From NCBI RefSeq assembly GCF_001272835.1, contig NZ_CP010546.1, positions 302,809-334,808 of the forward strand: DNA of 32,000 nucleotides, read 5' to 3'. Under the pieces are notes generated by a model. It was not told the DNA's origin. It saw only the letters and a program-made list of their open reading frames with translations, and searched no databases. Made by a program: the position numbers and the translations under genes. Shown piece by piece: positions 1-11,755 of this stretch (position 1 is the first letter of the stretch; the number at the start of each line of letters is the position of its first letter). Source of the DNA: Mycoplasmoides pneumoniae FH. Lineage in GTDB: Bacteria; Bacillota_I; Bacilli_A; Mycoplasmatales; Mycoplasmoidaceae.

Positions 1-1
1 C

Positions 2-607
2 ATTTACCGCATTTTTATTGCTGTACCTACCATTATTTTTTTGGGATTAAATCACTTACTTGGTAGTGTTGCTAGTTTTACAGTGTTAGGCAATGTCACC
101 ATTCACCTACAGGTTAGCCTTTTTATTGGGGGAGTCTTGTTTATTACCGCAGTTATTTCTGATTATTTAGATGGGTATTGAGCGCGGAAGTGAAGGGTTG
201 TGTCTAACTTCGGTAAGCTGTGAGATCCGTTAGCTGACAAGGTGATTATTAACGGTGTCTTAATTGTCCTAGTAGCATATGGCTACTTTCACTTTAGTTT
301 TTTAATTGTGATTGTGCTGCGTGATTTAGTGCTAGACGGATTGCGCTTTTACGCTCAGGAAAAACAGCTAATTATTCCCGCCAACCAATGGGGTAAGTGA
401 AAAACCACTTGACAAATGATAGCAATCTTAATGAGCTGTTTTGTGTTTAGTTTTTCTTTGAAGGAAACCAACAGTGCTAACACAAAAATCTTTTACTGAG
501 CCATAGTGCATTTGCCCTATTATTTAGCTACAGCCTTCTCCTTGGTCTCGTTTGGTATTTACGCCCAACAAATATATAAAACCATTAAGGTTAAAGTAAA
601 GTTATAA
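2..607 (+). CDS. pgsA: CDP-alcohol phosphatidyltransferase, probable CDP-diacylglycerol--glycerol-3-phosphate 3-phosphatidyltransferase (5' truncated by window)
   Basis: Code 4 translation gives [27 protein letters not shown], matching the DG-x2-AR-x8-G-x3-D-x3-D signature; several membrane segments; stop TAA 605-607. Absent from the ORF track because of in-frame TGA codons. Confidence 0.9.
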
Positions 608-628
608 TTTTGGAACTTTCTTATTGTT

Positions 629-1101
629 GTGTACGCGCGCTTAATTGCTGAAAAACTGCTAAATCATAAGCTCACCATTGCCACTGCAGAGTCAGTTACT
701 GGGGGCCTTTTGAGTAGTAGCTTAACCGACATCGCTGGTGCTTCTCGTTTCTTTAAGGGTGCCATTGTGGCATACAGCAATGAATTGAAAAAATCACTTT
801 TAAATGTCAAACAATCAACCTTAATTAACCACGGTGCTGTTCGCGTTATTGTGTTCGTGAAATGGCGTTAGGTTTAATGCAAAAATTCAATGTTGATATT
901 GCCGTGGCCTGCAGTGGGTTAGCGGGTCCTGATGCATTGGAAAACCAAGCAGTTGGTAGCTTGTTTTTCTGTGTGATTGTTGCCAACAAGGCTTATGACT
1001 TTGAAACAAAACTACCAGCTGGCTCTAGAAACGAATTGCGCCAGCTTTTTGTGCAAAAAATCTTGCAAACAGTTGAACACATTTTAAGTGAAATTTCTTA
1101 G
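629..1101 (+). pseudogene. cinA: CinA C-terminal-domain family protein (nicotinamide-nucleotide amidase-like), frame interrupted near 841
   Basis: ORF 629..871 (LTIATAESVTGGLLSSSLTDIAGASRFFKGAIVAYSNELK...) continues as ORF 862..1101 (VDIAVACSGLAGPDALENQAVGSLFF...). Frame 1 immediately upstream of 862 reads SRYCVREMALG, matching the family 'GAVS..VREMA.G' region. Confidence 0.8.
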
Positions 1102-1126
1102 GTTAAATAAGGTTTAAGAGAACAAG

Positions 1127-1882
1127 ATGCAGCGTACTTTAAATGTTGGGGTGATCCTGTGTGAAAGCTTTATTTCCAACGCCCAAAACCCAGTTAACTC
1201 CTACATTAAGATTTACGAAAACGTGAGGATGTTTGAGTTTGCGATTAAGCTACTTCAAGAATCGCGAATTAACTTCCAAAAGATCCTTTTATACGTTTTG
1301 GAAGAGCAAATTCCACTTGTGGAAAAAGTAGTTGCCAAGTACGAAAACTGCTGGGTCTTTCGTTCCAAGCACAACGAGGTTGAGGACATTTATGAAGCCA
1401 AGGGCTTTATTGAAGACAAGTACAAAATTGGTTTAAAAAGTTCTAAAAACCAAGCCTCTTCGTATTATGACAACTGTTGTTTTGTTGTCTTGGAAGCATG
1501 TCGACCTTTAACTTCCAAGAAGGTTGTTAAAAACGTGTATGAAAAGGCAATGATTGACGGTGCCGCTGTAGCTGTACTACCGTTTGAAAGGCAGCTTGTT
1601 TGTGGTGATAATACTAAGGCGGTGCGCCAGTTAAAGGACAAGGGCAACATGAACTATTGGCGTCAAAGTAGTACTTGGGAGTTGCAATTTCCCCAGGCTT
1701 ATACGCTCAATAAGTTAAACCAGTATCATAAAAACCTCTTTATGAAGGCGCGGAACATGCTTGATTTAATGAACATTTCCGCTAAGAATCCCCTAAGCAT
1801 TGTCGATGGTAGTGCTTACAGCTTTCGTGTAGTTACTAGCCTGGACTTTGAAATTTTGTTAGGTATTTTGCGCAATGGATAG
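1127..1882 (+). CDS. IspD/TarI-like nucleotidyltransferase-fold protein, divergent
   Basis: 251 aa. 'CCFVVLEACRPLTSKKVVKNVYEKAMIDGAAVAVLPFE', 'LQFPQAYTLNKL' and 'NPLSIVDGSAYSFRVVTSLDFEILLGIL' resemble IspD blocks (HDAARP..., TPQAF..., N.KVTTP.DL..A..LL). Confidence 0.55.
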   Translation: MQRTLNVGVILCESFISNAQNPVNSYIKIYENVRMFEFAIKLLQESRINFQKILLYVLEEQIPLVEKVVAKYENCWVFRSKHNEVEDIYEAKGFIEDKYKIGLKSSKNQASSYYDNCCFVVLEACRPLTSKKVVKNVYEKAMIDGAAVAVLPFERQLVCGDNTKAVRQLKDKGNMNYWRQSSTWELQFPQAYTLNKLNQYHKNLFMKARNMLDLMNISAKNPLSIVDGSAYSFRVVTSLDFEILLGILRNG

Positions 1883-2534
1883 AAAAATAGTTCAACTAAT
1901 TCATAACTTTAGCGGTACAGAAAAACTAAAAGCAGCTGTTTTTTCACACGACGAACAGTGTTTCTTTGACTTTGTTAGCTTCGATGAATTAAACAGTAAG
2001 CTAACTGGGTTTCTGTTATTTGACAGCTTGGAGAAGCTGTTCAAACTAGTAGAAACAATTCAGCAAAAGCGCAGTTGGCTTTATGTTGATGAATTGTGAC
2101 TGATCAATACTGCAACTGACAACCAACAACTCAATGAAGTGAGCGTTTGGTTAGTGAAAAAGGAGCTTGCGCAAGTCGGTGTTTTAACCCAATTGGATAC
2201 TAGTTTAGTCAAGCTTTTAATGGCTTCCAAAAATACTGACAGTGCCCTTTACAACACTTACATTAAACCAGTGGAGTTGCAACAGTTTACCCAAACACCA
2301 GCTCCTGATAACGTTAATGCAGAGCAATCGCATTTAACCTTGGAGTCTACCACCGACTTGAACAACAGTCAACTAGCCAATACTCCAGCGTTGTGGGAAG
2401 TGGAACAAACGACCCAGGAATTGTTACCAACCATGGACTTTTCTAAGTTTATTGATGAATTAGATCAAATTACCAAAAACTTTTCTGATTTAGAGTTAGA
2501 ACCACTTAGTTTTAACGAAGGTTTTGATGAGTGA
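1875..2534 (+). CDS. Hypothetical protein (219 aa)
   Basis: ORFs 1875..2099 and 2139..2534 are in the same frame, joined through TGA (Trp) at 2097; overlaps the upstream CDS by 8 bp. Confidence 0.75.
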
Positions 2535-3543
2535 AACCAAGAGTAAAGTACTCGTTTTAGGCGGTTTAGGTTACATTGGGAGCTGTTTTATTGACCAGCT
2601 TCTAAAACAGTACCCTGATGTAACTGTTAGTGTAATTGACATTAACCACACTAGTCTGGCGCTACAACTGTTACCAAGACAGGTCAACGTTCACTTTGTT
2701 AACTTACTTGACCGTGCACAGTTAACAGATACGATTGCTCAAATTAACCCTGATGTCGTGTTTCACTTTGCGGCAAAAACAAGCGTAAAGGAATCGACCG
2801 AACAACCACTTACATATTTTGACCATAACCTAGTCGGTACGCTCAACTTACTCCACGCTTTAAAAGAACTACAAAAACCGATCCAGCTGTTCTTCTCCTC
2901 CACTGCTGCAGTCTTTGGTAGTGCTAGTACACTTCCAATTCCAGAAAACTTAGTTTTAGAGGAAACACTCGCTTCCAATCCGTATGGCATTAGTAAGTTT
3001 TTAAGTGAAATAGTACTGCAAACACTTACCCGTAGCCCCCATTTTCAAGTAATAGCGTTGCGCTACTTTAACGTAGCGGGTGCTAGTAATCCCTTTGGTA
3101 ACTTCAATAAAAACACGACCTTACTGATTCCTAACCTGATTAAAGCCTTTATGGAAAAGCGCACCTTCTTTCTGTATGGTGATGACTATGACACTAAAGA
3201 TGGGAGCTGTATCCGTGATTACATCCATGTAGTAGACTTGTGTGATGCCCATTTGTTGGCGTGAAAGTGGTTGCAAGCCAATCCTAAAGTGCGCTTTGAA
3301 AGCTTTAACTTAGGTAGTGGTCAGGGCTTTTCCAATTGGGAGGTCATTAATACTGCTCAAGCAATCTTTGCGCCTGAACAATTACAGCTCAAAATTGAAT
3401 CACGAAGGGCTGGTGATCCACCTGTTTTAGTGGTTGATTGCACGAAGGCAAAACGCTTACTCAACTTCCAACCAACCCGCTCATTACACAAAATGCTGAG
3501 CGATGAAACAATTTTTTATCGGGATTTTTATAATAGGCTTTAA
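2527..3543 (+). CDS. galE: UDP-glucose 4-epimerase
   Basis: [19 protein letters not shown] Rossmann motif; SSTAAVFG...[15 protein letters not shown] (S-Y-x3-K catalytic motif); [19 protein letters not shown]; read through TGA at 3262-3264. ATG at 2527. Confidence 0.95.
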
Positions 3544-3557
3544 ATTCAATTTTGGCA

Positions 3558-5276
3558 ATGTCAAAAATAGCCTTCAGGATGGAAAATATCTGCAAGAGTT
3601 TTGACAATGGTAGGGTCAAAGCTAATGTAGATGTTAACCTCACGGTTTACGAAAATACTGTCCACACATTGCTGGGTGAAAATGGTGCGGGCAAATCTAC
3701 TTTAACTTCCATTTTGTTCGGTTTATACCAACCCGACAGCGGCAAAATTTTTATTGGTGAAGAGGAAGTACACTTCAAGTCCTCCAAGGATGCCGTGCAG
3801 CACAAAATTGGGATGGTGCACCAGCACTTTAAGCTGGTTGATAACTACACCGTCTTAGACAACATTATTTTGGGCAATGAAAGTAGTTTTTCCATTCCTT
3901 TTACCAACGGTAAGCTTAAACTACCTTTATTGCACCGTAAAGCTAGCGAAGCCAAAATTCAAGCAATGATGGAACGGTATGACCTCCATGTGAACTTGCA
4001 CCAAAAGGTAAGCCGCTTAACGGTGGGTCAGCAACAACGGGTCGAGATCTTGAAGGTGTTATTCCGTGACAGTGACATTCTCATCTTTGATGAACCAACC
4101 GCTGTTTTGAGCGACCAGGAGATCAAGAGCTTTTTAAACATCATTAAAAACTTCAAGAAGATGGGTAAAACGATTGTGCTCATCTCCCACAAACTCAACG
4201 AAATTAAGGAAGTAGCGGAGACTGCTACCATTTTGCGTCAAGGTCACTCCGTTGGCACCTTCCAAATTAAGGACACTTCAATTGATGAAATGGCACGCTT
4301 AATGATGGGAAAGGAGTTGAAGAAAACCAAAAACAATACTCAGTTTACCGCCAAAGGTGAGCCCGTTTTAAAGGTCGAAAACCTCCATCTTTATTTAAAC
4401 CAAAACTGGTTTTACAAGTTAATTGCGCGCTGGAACCAAAAGCGAATTAATCAACTCCAAAAACAGGGTAAGCCAGCGAAAACACTGTGGTTAAAGAGTT
4501 GACTAGAAGGGTTGGCAGCTATTGAAAAAACACCCCGTTTTATTCGTGGAATCGTTAATAATTTAGGTTTTGGTAGCCAACAGGTGTTTGATAAAGGGAT
4601 TAGTTTTGAGATCCATAAGGGTGAAATTTTTGCCATTGCCGGGGTGGAAGGTAACGGTCAAAACCAATTAATAGATCTTATTTGTGGCTTGGAAAAAGCA
4701 GCACCAAAAAAGGTCTTCTTCAATGGTTTTGACATTTCACGTTATTCCATTCGCAAGCGGATTAACGCTGGTATTGGTTTTGTGTTAGAAGACCGCCATA
4801 AATACGGATTAATCTTAGACCAAACGGTGCGTTTTAACGCGGTGAATAACCAAATTGATCGTAAGCAATTTAGCAGTTGAAATTTTTTAAATCAAATGCA
4901 AATAGCTGTTTACACTAACCAAATCGTCGATAAATTTGATGTTCGTGGAGCGGTACAAGGTACAGCAATAGTGCGTTTACTTTCCGGGGGTAATCAGCAA
5001 AAGCTGATTATTGGTCGGGAACTGACAAAGCAGAACGAGCTGTTAGTGTTTGCTCAAGTAACCCGGGGTTTGGATGTTGGTGCCATTTCGTTTATCCACC
5101 AAAAGATTTTGGATGCAAAGAAACAAAATAATGCAATCTTGTTAGTGTCATATGAGTTAGATGAAATTTTAGCTATTGCCGATACCATTGGCGTAATTAA
5201 CAAAGGCAACCTGTTGGAAGTCAATAAACGTGATGTAATGACGCGTGAACGCATAGGCAAACTAATCATGCAATAA
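3558..5276 (+). CDS. ABC transporter ATP-binding protein with two ATPase domains (nucleoside/ribose type, RbsA/NupO-like)
   Basis: First domain [30 protein letters not shown]; second domain [41 protein letters not shown]. Three ORF-track fragments share one frame, joined by TGA codons. Confidence 0.93.
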
Positions 5277-5292
5277 GAAAAAACTGGGAATT

Positions 5293-6846
5293 ATGAATGC
5301 TTTAAATTACCTCAAACACCGTTTTCTGTTTAGTAAAGACAAGTTTTGGTACGCCCCTTTTAAACAAAAGCAACGTCGGAGCATCTACTCCACCTTTTCG
5401 TTGATTGTTCTCTCCTTTATTGTTTCGTTCTTTTTAATAGTCGCCATTCCCGGCATTAAAGGCGGTACCTTCTTAGAAATCTTTACCCGTTTATTTAAAG
5501 ATAGGGTTAACATCGAAAACTTTGCACGACAAATTGCGATTTACACCCTAGCTGCTTTGGCGTTTAGCTTTTGTATGAGTGTTGGGGTGTTTAACATTGG
5601 GATTTCGGGACAAATGATGGCTGGCGCTAATTTTGGTTTCATGATGATCCTCAAGGTTTTCCCCGAGTCATTCCGTCCTGCCTTTGGTGGTCAGATCATT
5701 ACCATCCTCTTAATGATTCTAGGTAGTGTGACCGTTGCTATGGTGGTAGCTGCTTTAAAGGTCTTCTTTAAGGTTAATGAAGTGGTTAGTGCCATTATGC
5801 TCAACTGGGTAATTGTGCTGGTTAGCGCTTATCTAGTGGGTACTTACATTAAACCGGAAAAAACTGATACTTCCCAGTTTTACTCGATTGAACTACCGGA
5901 TGCCTTTGCGCTGTATAACTTCTCTGATGTTCAACAAAAGTATGGTTGATTAACCTCGTTGGTTATTGCCATAGCAGCTGCCATATTCATTGCAGTTTTA
6001 ATGAAGTTCACCGTTTTTGGACACAAACTCAAGTCCACGGGTTTAAGTGTGACGGGTTCGCAAGCCGCTGGTTACATTGTTAAGAAGTATCAGTTCCTCT
6101 CGTTTGTGATTTCAGGAATCCTTTCTGGTTTACTAGCAGCTGTAGTTTATACCGCATCCTTTGAAAAGCAGTTAACGTTCTCAGATGTGGGTGACTTTGG
6201 GATTACATCGGTACCGATTACTGGGTTTGATGGAATTGCAATTGGTTTAATTGCGCTCAACAGTCCAGCGCGAATTGTAATAGTTTCCACCATTATTTCA
6301 TTTGTAACCATTGGTGCTAAACCAGCGGGGTTAAACGCTGCTACTGCGAGCTTGGTGTTGGGTATCATGATGTATTTCGCTGCCATTTATAACCTGATGA
6401 TTTACATCAAGCCATGGCGCATGATTGTCAAGCTCAATATTGGTAAGATGAACGAAGCGGCATATGATGAATTCCAAAACGAGATGGCTGCTAATTTAGA
6501 AACGCTGTCGTTCCAGCGCTTTTTAGATAAACAAAAACGGAAGCATGATAAAGAGCGAATGGTTTGGTTTGACACCAAGCGCTTTGAGGAGTACCAGAAA
6601 AAGAAGCAAGCAACTCTACAAACCTTCCATGAAAATTCCTCGCAAAACTTACTGCAGTACTGAAAGCAACAGTTACTAGTAGCCGATGTAAAGCGATTAA
6701 CTTTCAAATGAGACTTTCTTACCTTTAAACACCAGCAAAAGTACATCTTACGCTGGTACAAGGGCAAGAACAAAAAGCAAACAGCACTAGAAAATGAGTT
6801 TGCTAGTTTAAACGAAGCTATTAGTCAAAAATTGGAGGAGAAATAA
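5293..6846 (+). CDS. ABC transporter permease (NupP/RbsC-like) with long charged C-terminal extension
   Basis: Multiple TM segments, VGVFNIGISGQMMAGA and LKVFFKVNEVVSAIMLNWV motifs; read through TGA codons; stop TAA 6844-6846. Confidence 0.9.
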
Positions 6847-7781
6847 TGTCACAGTCTTTAATTTCTTTTAGTAACTTAGATAACTGGTTGTTTGTCGCTC
6901 CTGCACTGCTACTCGCTGTATTGAGTGGTTACTTATCTGAGCGGGTTGGTATTGTCAATATTGCCATTAACGGGGGCATGGTGTTTGGCGGGATGTTCTT
7001 ATCCTTAATGTCTTATGCCTTTGTGCCCAATGCAAATGATTCTGCACCATCTTGATCACTAGCAATAAGCATCCCTTTAAGTGTTATCTTTGCCTCAGCT
7101 GTTGGTTTTCTGTTTGGCATTGCCGCCATTAAACTCAAAGCCGATCACGTGATTGTTGGCACAGGGGTTAACTTACTGGGCACGGGAATTAATTTCTTTG
7201 TGGCACAAAATGCCCGCTCATTGCTTAACGATACTGATTTAAGGGTACGATACAGCTTTGTAAGAACAGGAAACTCTGTAAGTATTGAGGGTATAGCAAT
7301 CTTTGCCTTTGCAATTATCTTTGTTTTATTAGTGTGGTATTTGATGAACTTTACTAAAACGGGCTTGCGTTACCGTGCTGTTGGGGAAAATCCTAATGTG
7401 ATTGATACCCAAGGTATTAGTGTGTATAAATACCAGTGGTTTGGGGTAATGGCTTCGACGATGGTAGCAGCTTTAGCGGGTTGTTGTTTTGCTTTAAGTC
7501 CACAGGTACCTAGCTTTTCTAGCGGGGATGTGAGCGGGTTTGGTTTTATTGCCATTGCCATTATGATCATTTCGATGTGACGAATTATCCCAAGTATTGT
7601 GATCTCGCCCTTGTTTGCACTAGCTTATGTGCTTACTACCGGTGTGGTAGGTAATGCTAATAACACTTACTTATTGAGAACTATTCCGTTTATTATTTCG
7701 CTGTTGGTAATGATGGTATTTGGATATCTCAATGTAGGGCCGAAAAACGTTGGTAAGCATTTCGATAAGGGTTTGCGATAG
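6846..7781 (+). CDS. ABC transporter permease (NupQ/RbsC-like)
   Basis: SERVGIVNIAINGGMVFGGMF, YRAVGENPNVIDTQGISVYKYQW; three same-frame fragments joined by TGA; start overlaps the previous stop (TAATG). Confidence 0.9.
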
Positions 7782-7817
7782 GTTAACCTTTATTTATAGT
7801 TATAGTCAAGCCAACAA

Positions 7818-9953
7818 ATGAGTAAAAATCTGGTGGTGATTGAATCACCCAATAAAGTTAAAACGTTGCAAAAATATTTACCGAATGACTTTGAAATAGT
7901 TTCTACCATTGGTCATATTCGGGAAATGGTGCACAAAAACTTTGGTTTTAACGAAGCCGATTACTCACCAGTTTGGGAAGACTGAACTAAATCAAAAAAG
8001 AAGTTTTCTAGCCTTAGCTTTAAAGGTAATCTTAAGGGCAAAAAACTTTTAAGTAAGTACGACATCATCAAAAGCATTAAAGAGAAGGCTAGTAAAGCCA
8101 CTAACATTTACCTAGCAACCGACCCAGACCGTGAGGGAGAGGCAATTTCCTGACATGTTTACGATGTTTTGGATGAAAAGGACAAGTCGAAGTGCCAACG
8201 CATTACCTTTAACGAAATTACCAAGAACGCCGTTTTAGATGCACTGAAAAACCCACGGGAAATTGATCAGAGTTGGGTGCAGAGTCAGTTTGCGCGCCAA
8301 ATTCTTGACCGGATGATTGGTTTTCGCCTTTCAAGGCTGTTAAACAATTACCTCTCAGCTAAGTCAGCGGGACGGGTACAATCAGTAGCACTGCGTTTTT
8401 TAGAAGAACGTGAACAGGAAATTCGTAGCTTTGTACCACGGTTTTGGTGAACGCTCGATGTGTTGTTAAATCCCAAGGCTGAAGGTGTTAGGGAGGCGTG
8501 TGCTAATCGTTCAATTCCAATTGTCTTGCGTGAAATTAATCCTGCTTTACGTGCTGGCTTGAAATTTGAAGAGGAGAAGAGCGTATCGGGAATTGACTTT
8601 TTAGATGAAGCATCAGCTAAAAAGTTTGGTGAACAGCTCAAGGGTGTCTTTGAGGTGTACAACATTGATGAAACCAAACACTACAGCAGTTCGCCCAATT
8701 CCGCTTACACCACCGCTTCATTGCAAAAGGATGCCATCAACAAACTAGGTTGGTCTTCCAAAAAGGTAACCTTAATTGCCCAACACCTGTATGAAGGGGT
8801 GAGTATTAATGGAGAACAAACCGCTTTAATTAGCTATCCCCGTACCGACTCAACTCGTTTATCAGCGCAATTTCAACAAAGTTGTAAAGAATACATCTTA
8901 AACCATTACGGAGAAAAGTACCTCTCTAATCGGATTGTAAGCGCTAAGGGAAAAAAAGGTGAAAAAATTATCCAAGACGCCCATGAAGCAATTCACCCAA
9001 CTGACATGAACATTACCCCGGAAATGGTCAAGAATGCGATTAAGAAGGATGAGTTCTTACTGTACCGCTTAATCTGGATCCGTACGGTCGCTAGTTTAAT
9101 GGCGGATTGTAAAAAATCACATACCCACATCCGGTTTATTAACGATGGTAATAAGTTTTACGCTTCTTCCAAGTCATTAGTATTTGATGGTTATCGCAAA
9201 ATTTACGAACACTTTGAAAATAAGGAAAGTAATGATCTCTACATTGATTTGGATAAGATTAGGGTTGGTGATCGTTTCATGGCTAAAGACATTAAGATCA
9301 CAGCCCGCCAAACCCATCCAGCAGCCCGTTATACCCAAGCTAGTTTAATTGAAGCGTTAGAAAAGTCCAATATTGGTCGACCTTCCACCTATAACACGAT
9401 GGCTAGTGTTAATTTAGACCGGGGTTATGCTAGTTTAAATAAACATGCTTTTCACGTAACACAACTAGGGGAGCAGGTTAATGAAGAATTGTCCAAACAC
9501 TTTGGTAAGATCATTAACAAAGAGTTCACTAAAAACATGGAGAAGTCTTTGGATGAAATTGCTGAAAATAAAAAGAACTACCAGGAGTTTCTCCGTGATT
9601 TTTGGTCAAACTTTAAGGAAGAGGTAAAGCTAGCGGAGGGTTCGATTCAAAGAGTGAAAAAGGAAAAGGAATTTGTTGGTCGTGATTGTCCAAGCTGTGC
9701 TAGTCCCTTGTTGTACCGCTATACTAAACGGGGTAATGAAAAGTTTGTTGGGTGCAGTAACTTTCCCAACTGTAAATACAACGAGTTTAGCCAAAATAAA
9801 CCGAATTTAACTTTGGAAAAGCTCGAAGAACTGTGTCCGGAGTGTAACAGCCAACTAGTGAAAAGACGCACTAAGTTTAATCCCAATAAAACCTTTGTTG
9901 GTTGTAGTAATTTCCCTAGGTGCCGCTACATAAAGAAGGATAATGCTAGCTAG
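7818..9953 (+). CDS. topA: DNA topoisomerase I
   Basis: ATG at 7818: MSKNLVVIESPNKVKTLQKYL...; TOPRIM 'LATDPDREGEAI'; ALISYPRTDSTRLS active-site region; two C-terminal C4 zinc fingers (CPSC...GCSNFPNC, CPEC...GCSNFPRC). Confidence 0.96.
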
Positions 9954-11370
9954 TTTAACGAGCAGAAGTGCCACTTCCTTCTCAATAATTTGAGCGTTGG
10001 TAAGTGCCATTTTGATCTTAAGTATCCTCATTTGGCTTATTATCACCATTTTCTTTGCTTGAAATTTACACCTCAAAAACAACAAGAAACGAACAAAGTA
10101 CCACTTAGAGCCGGAACAAATTAAGCACAAGATCATCCAAAATAAGACTAAATTGGGCAAAATGTTGGACTTTTACCAACAGCAGATTAACACTACTGCA
10201 ACTGAGCTGAAGTGGTTGGATGGTCAGTTTCAGCAAATTGATGAAACCGATAAAAAGAAAGCGCATCAAATTACAATTAGACTAGCGCGGAACCAACTGT
10301 TACAACAGCTTAGTGTAAAGTTAGACCAAAAGCAGTTTAGTCAACGCGCTAATAATGAACTGCAAAAGTTAAAGTTGTCTAACTTAGAGAGCTTTACTGA
10401 CCAAAAGATTAAATGAGACCAGGAGGGGATGAAATCCGCTGTATCCCGCGTTACCATTAACGAGTGAACCTTTAACCATTTTGCTGGTAAAAACCGTGTT
10501 TACTGGGATTACTTTAAACAAGTTTGTGATGTGGATTGCTCGATTAAACCACTTAAAGATCAGTTAGAGATTACTTTTTCGAGCTGAAGCTTATTGAAAA
10601 GACTGCAAGCAAAAAACCTGTTTAATAAGTTAATTGCTCAAAGTAGCAGTGTCAAGATGAGCGAAAAACTGATTAACAATGCTTTGCAATTAGTTCAGGA
10701 CAATTTGGCATTACAAGCGAGTGAAAGTGGCAATAAGCTGCTCAAGGAGTTTGAATTATCGTGCACTAACACACAGCTAGTCCAACTGTTGGGCTTTCAG
10801 CAGTTTTACTTCGGTACAAACCTGCTTAGCTTACTTGATTTGAGCCGTTCAATCGCTGTTTTAGTGCGCTTTTTAAATGAGCACTGTAAGTGAGAATTAA
10901 ACGAACGCTTACTAGTGGAAACTGCTTTGTTTAACAACTTGCAATGGGTTAATAACAACGACTTCTTTTTAAAGTCACACAATGATTTAAAACAGCTGCA
11001 CCTCTCCGCTGAACAGTTGGCGATTATTGAACAGCAAAACCGTCCCTTTTACATTGATGCTTATGCTTTATTGATTGCTGGCGTAAAGCAAATGCTGATG
11101 GAGCACGATGCTGTGGAACCAAAACAAATTCACTTTCATAATGCCAAAAAGGTAATGGAAAGCTTCCAGCTGTTTGGCATTGACCAGTTAGCGTTAATAG
11201 AGTACAACAACTGTCTCTATGGCTTTGTCACCACTAAACTCTATGAGATTAAACAATTAGATGATTTAGCTTTATTTAAAGTTTTGTTTAAAAGCTTTTT
11301 GAACAAGCATTTGAAACAAAAATTTGCAACAATCAGTTTATTTGTAAATACCCAAACACTCATGATCTAA
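9943..11370 (+). CDS. Hypothetical protein (about 475 aa) with N-terminal membrane segment and predicted helical body
   Basis: ATG at 9943 overlaps the topA end. Frame-1 fragments 10153..10416, 10594..10893 and 10915..11370 are continuous once TGA is read as Trp. N-terminus [44 protein letters not shown]. Confidence 0.8.
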
Positions 11371-11435
11371 CACTTTAGATCATGGAAACAATTAGCGAAC
11401 TTTTAGAATATAAAACAATTGAAAACAAATAGTTT

Positions 11436-11744
11436 ATGGTAACTGAAATTAAAAGTCTCAAACAACTCGGAGAGTTATTTGCTAGCAACAATAAGGTAAT
11501 TATTGATTTTTGAGCAGAATGGTGTGGGCCGTGCAAAATTACTGGACCAGAATTTGCTAAAGCTGCTAGTGAAGTGAGCACTGTAGCGTTTGCCAAGGTA
11601 AATGTCGATGAACAAACTGACATTGCCGCTGCTTACAAAATTACCTCACTACCTACAATTGTTTTATTTGAAAAAGGCCAGGAAAAGCACCGTGCTATTG
11701 GTTTTATGCCTAAAGCCAAGATCGTGCAACTTGTCAGCCAATAA
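11436..11744 (+). CDS. trxA: Thioredoxin
   Basis: [20 protein letters not shown] (first Trp encoded by TGA), ITSLPTIVLFEKG; 102 aa. Not in the ORF track. Confidence 0.97.
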
Positions 11745-11755
11745 AACTTCGTTTC

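Noticed and set aside
1465-1650. Minus-strand ORF, 61 aa
   Set aside because: Fully inside the conserved IspD-like CDS on the + strand; no start context or family resemblance.
2763-2990. Minus-strand ORF, 75 aa inside galE
   Set aside because: Antisense shadow of a strongly conserved enzyme gene.
4028-4231. Minus-strand ORF, 67 aa
   Set aside because: Antisense to the ABC ATPase LTVGQQQR/Walker B region; typical shadow ORF.
4512-4880. Apparent separate ORFs 3552..4502, 4512..4880 and 4896..5276
   Set aside because: Not separate genes: all share one frame and are split only by TGA, which encodes Trp here. The same applies to topA, lysS, glf, both permeases and others.
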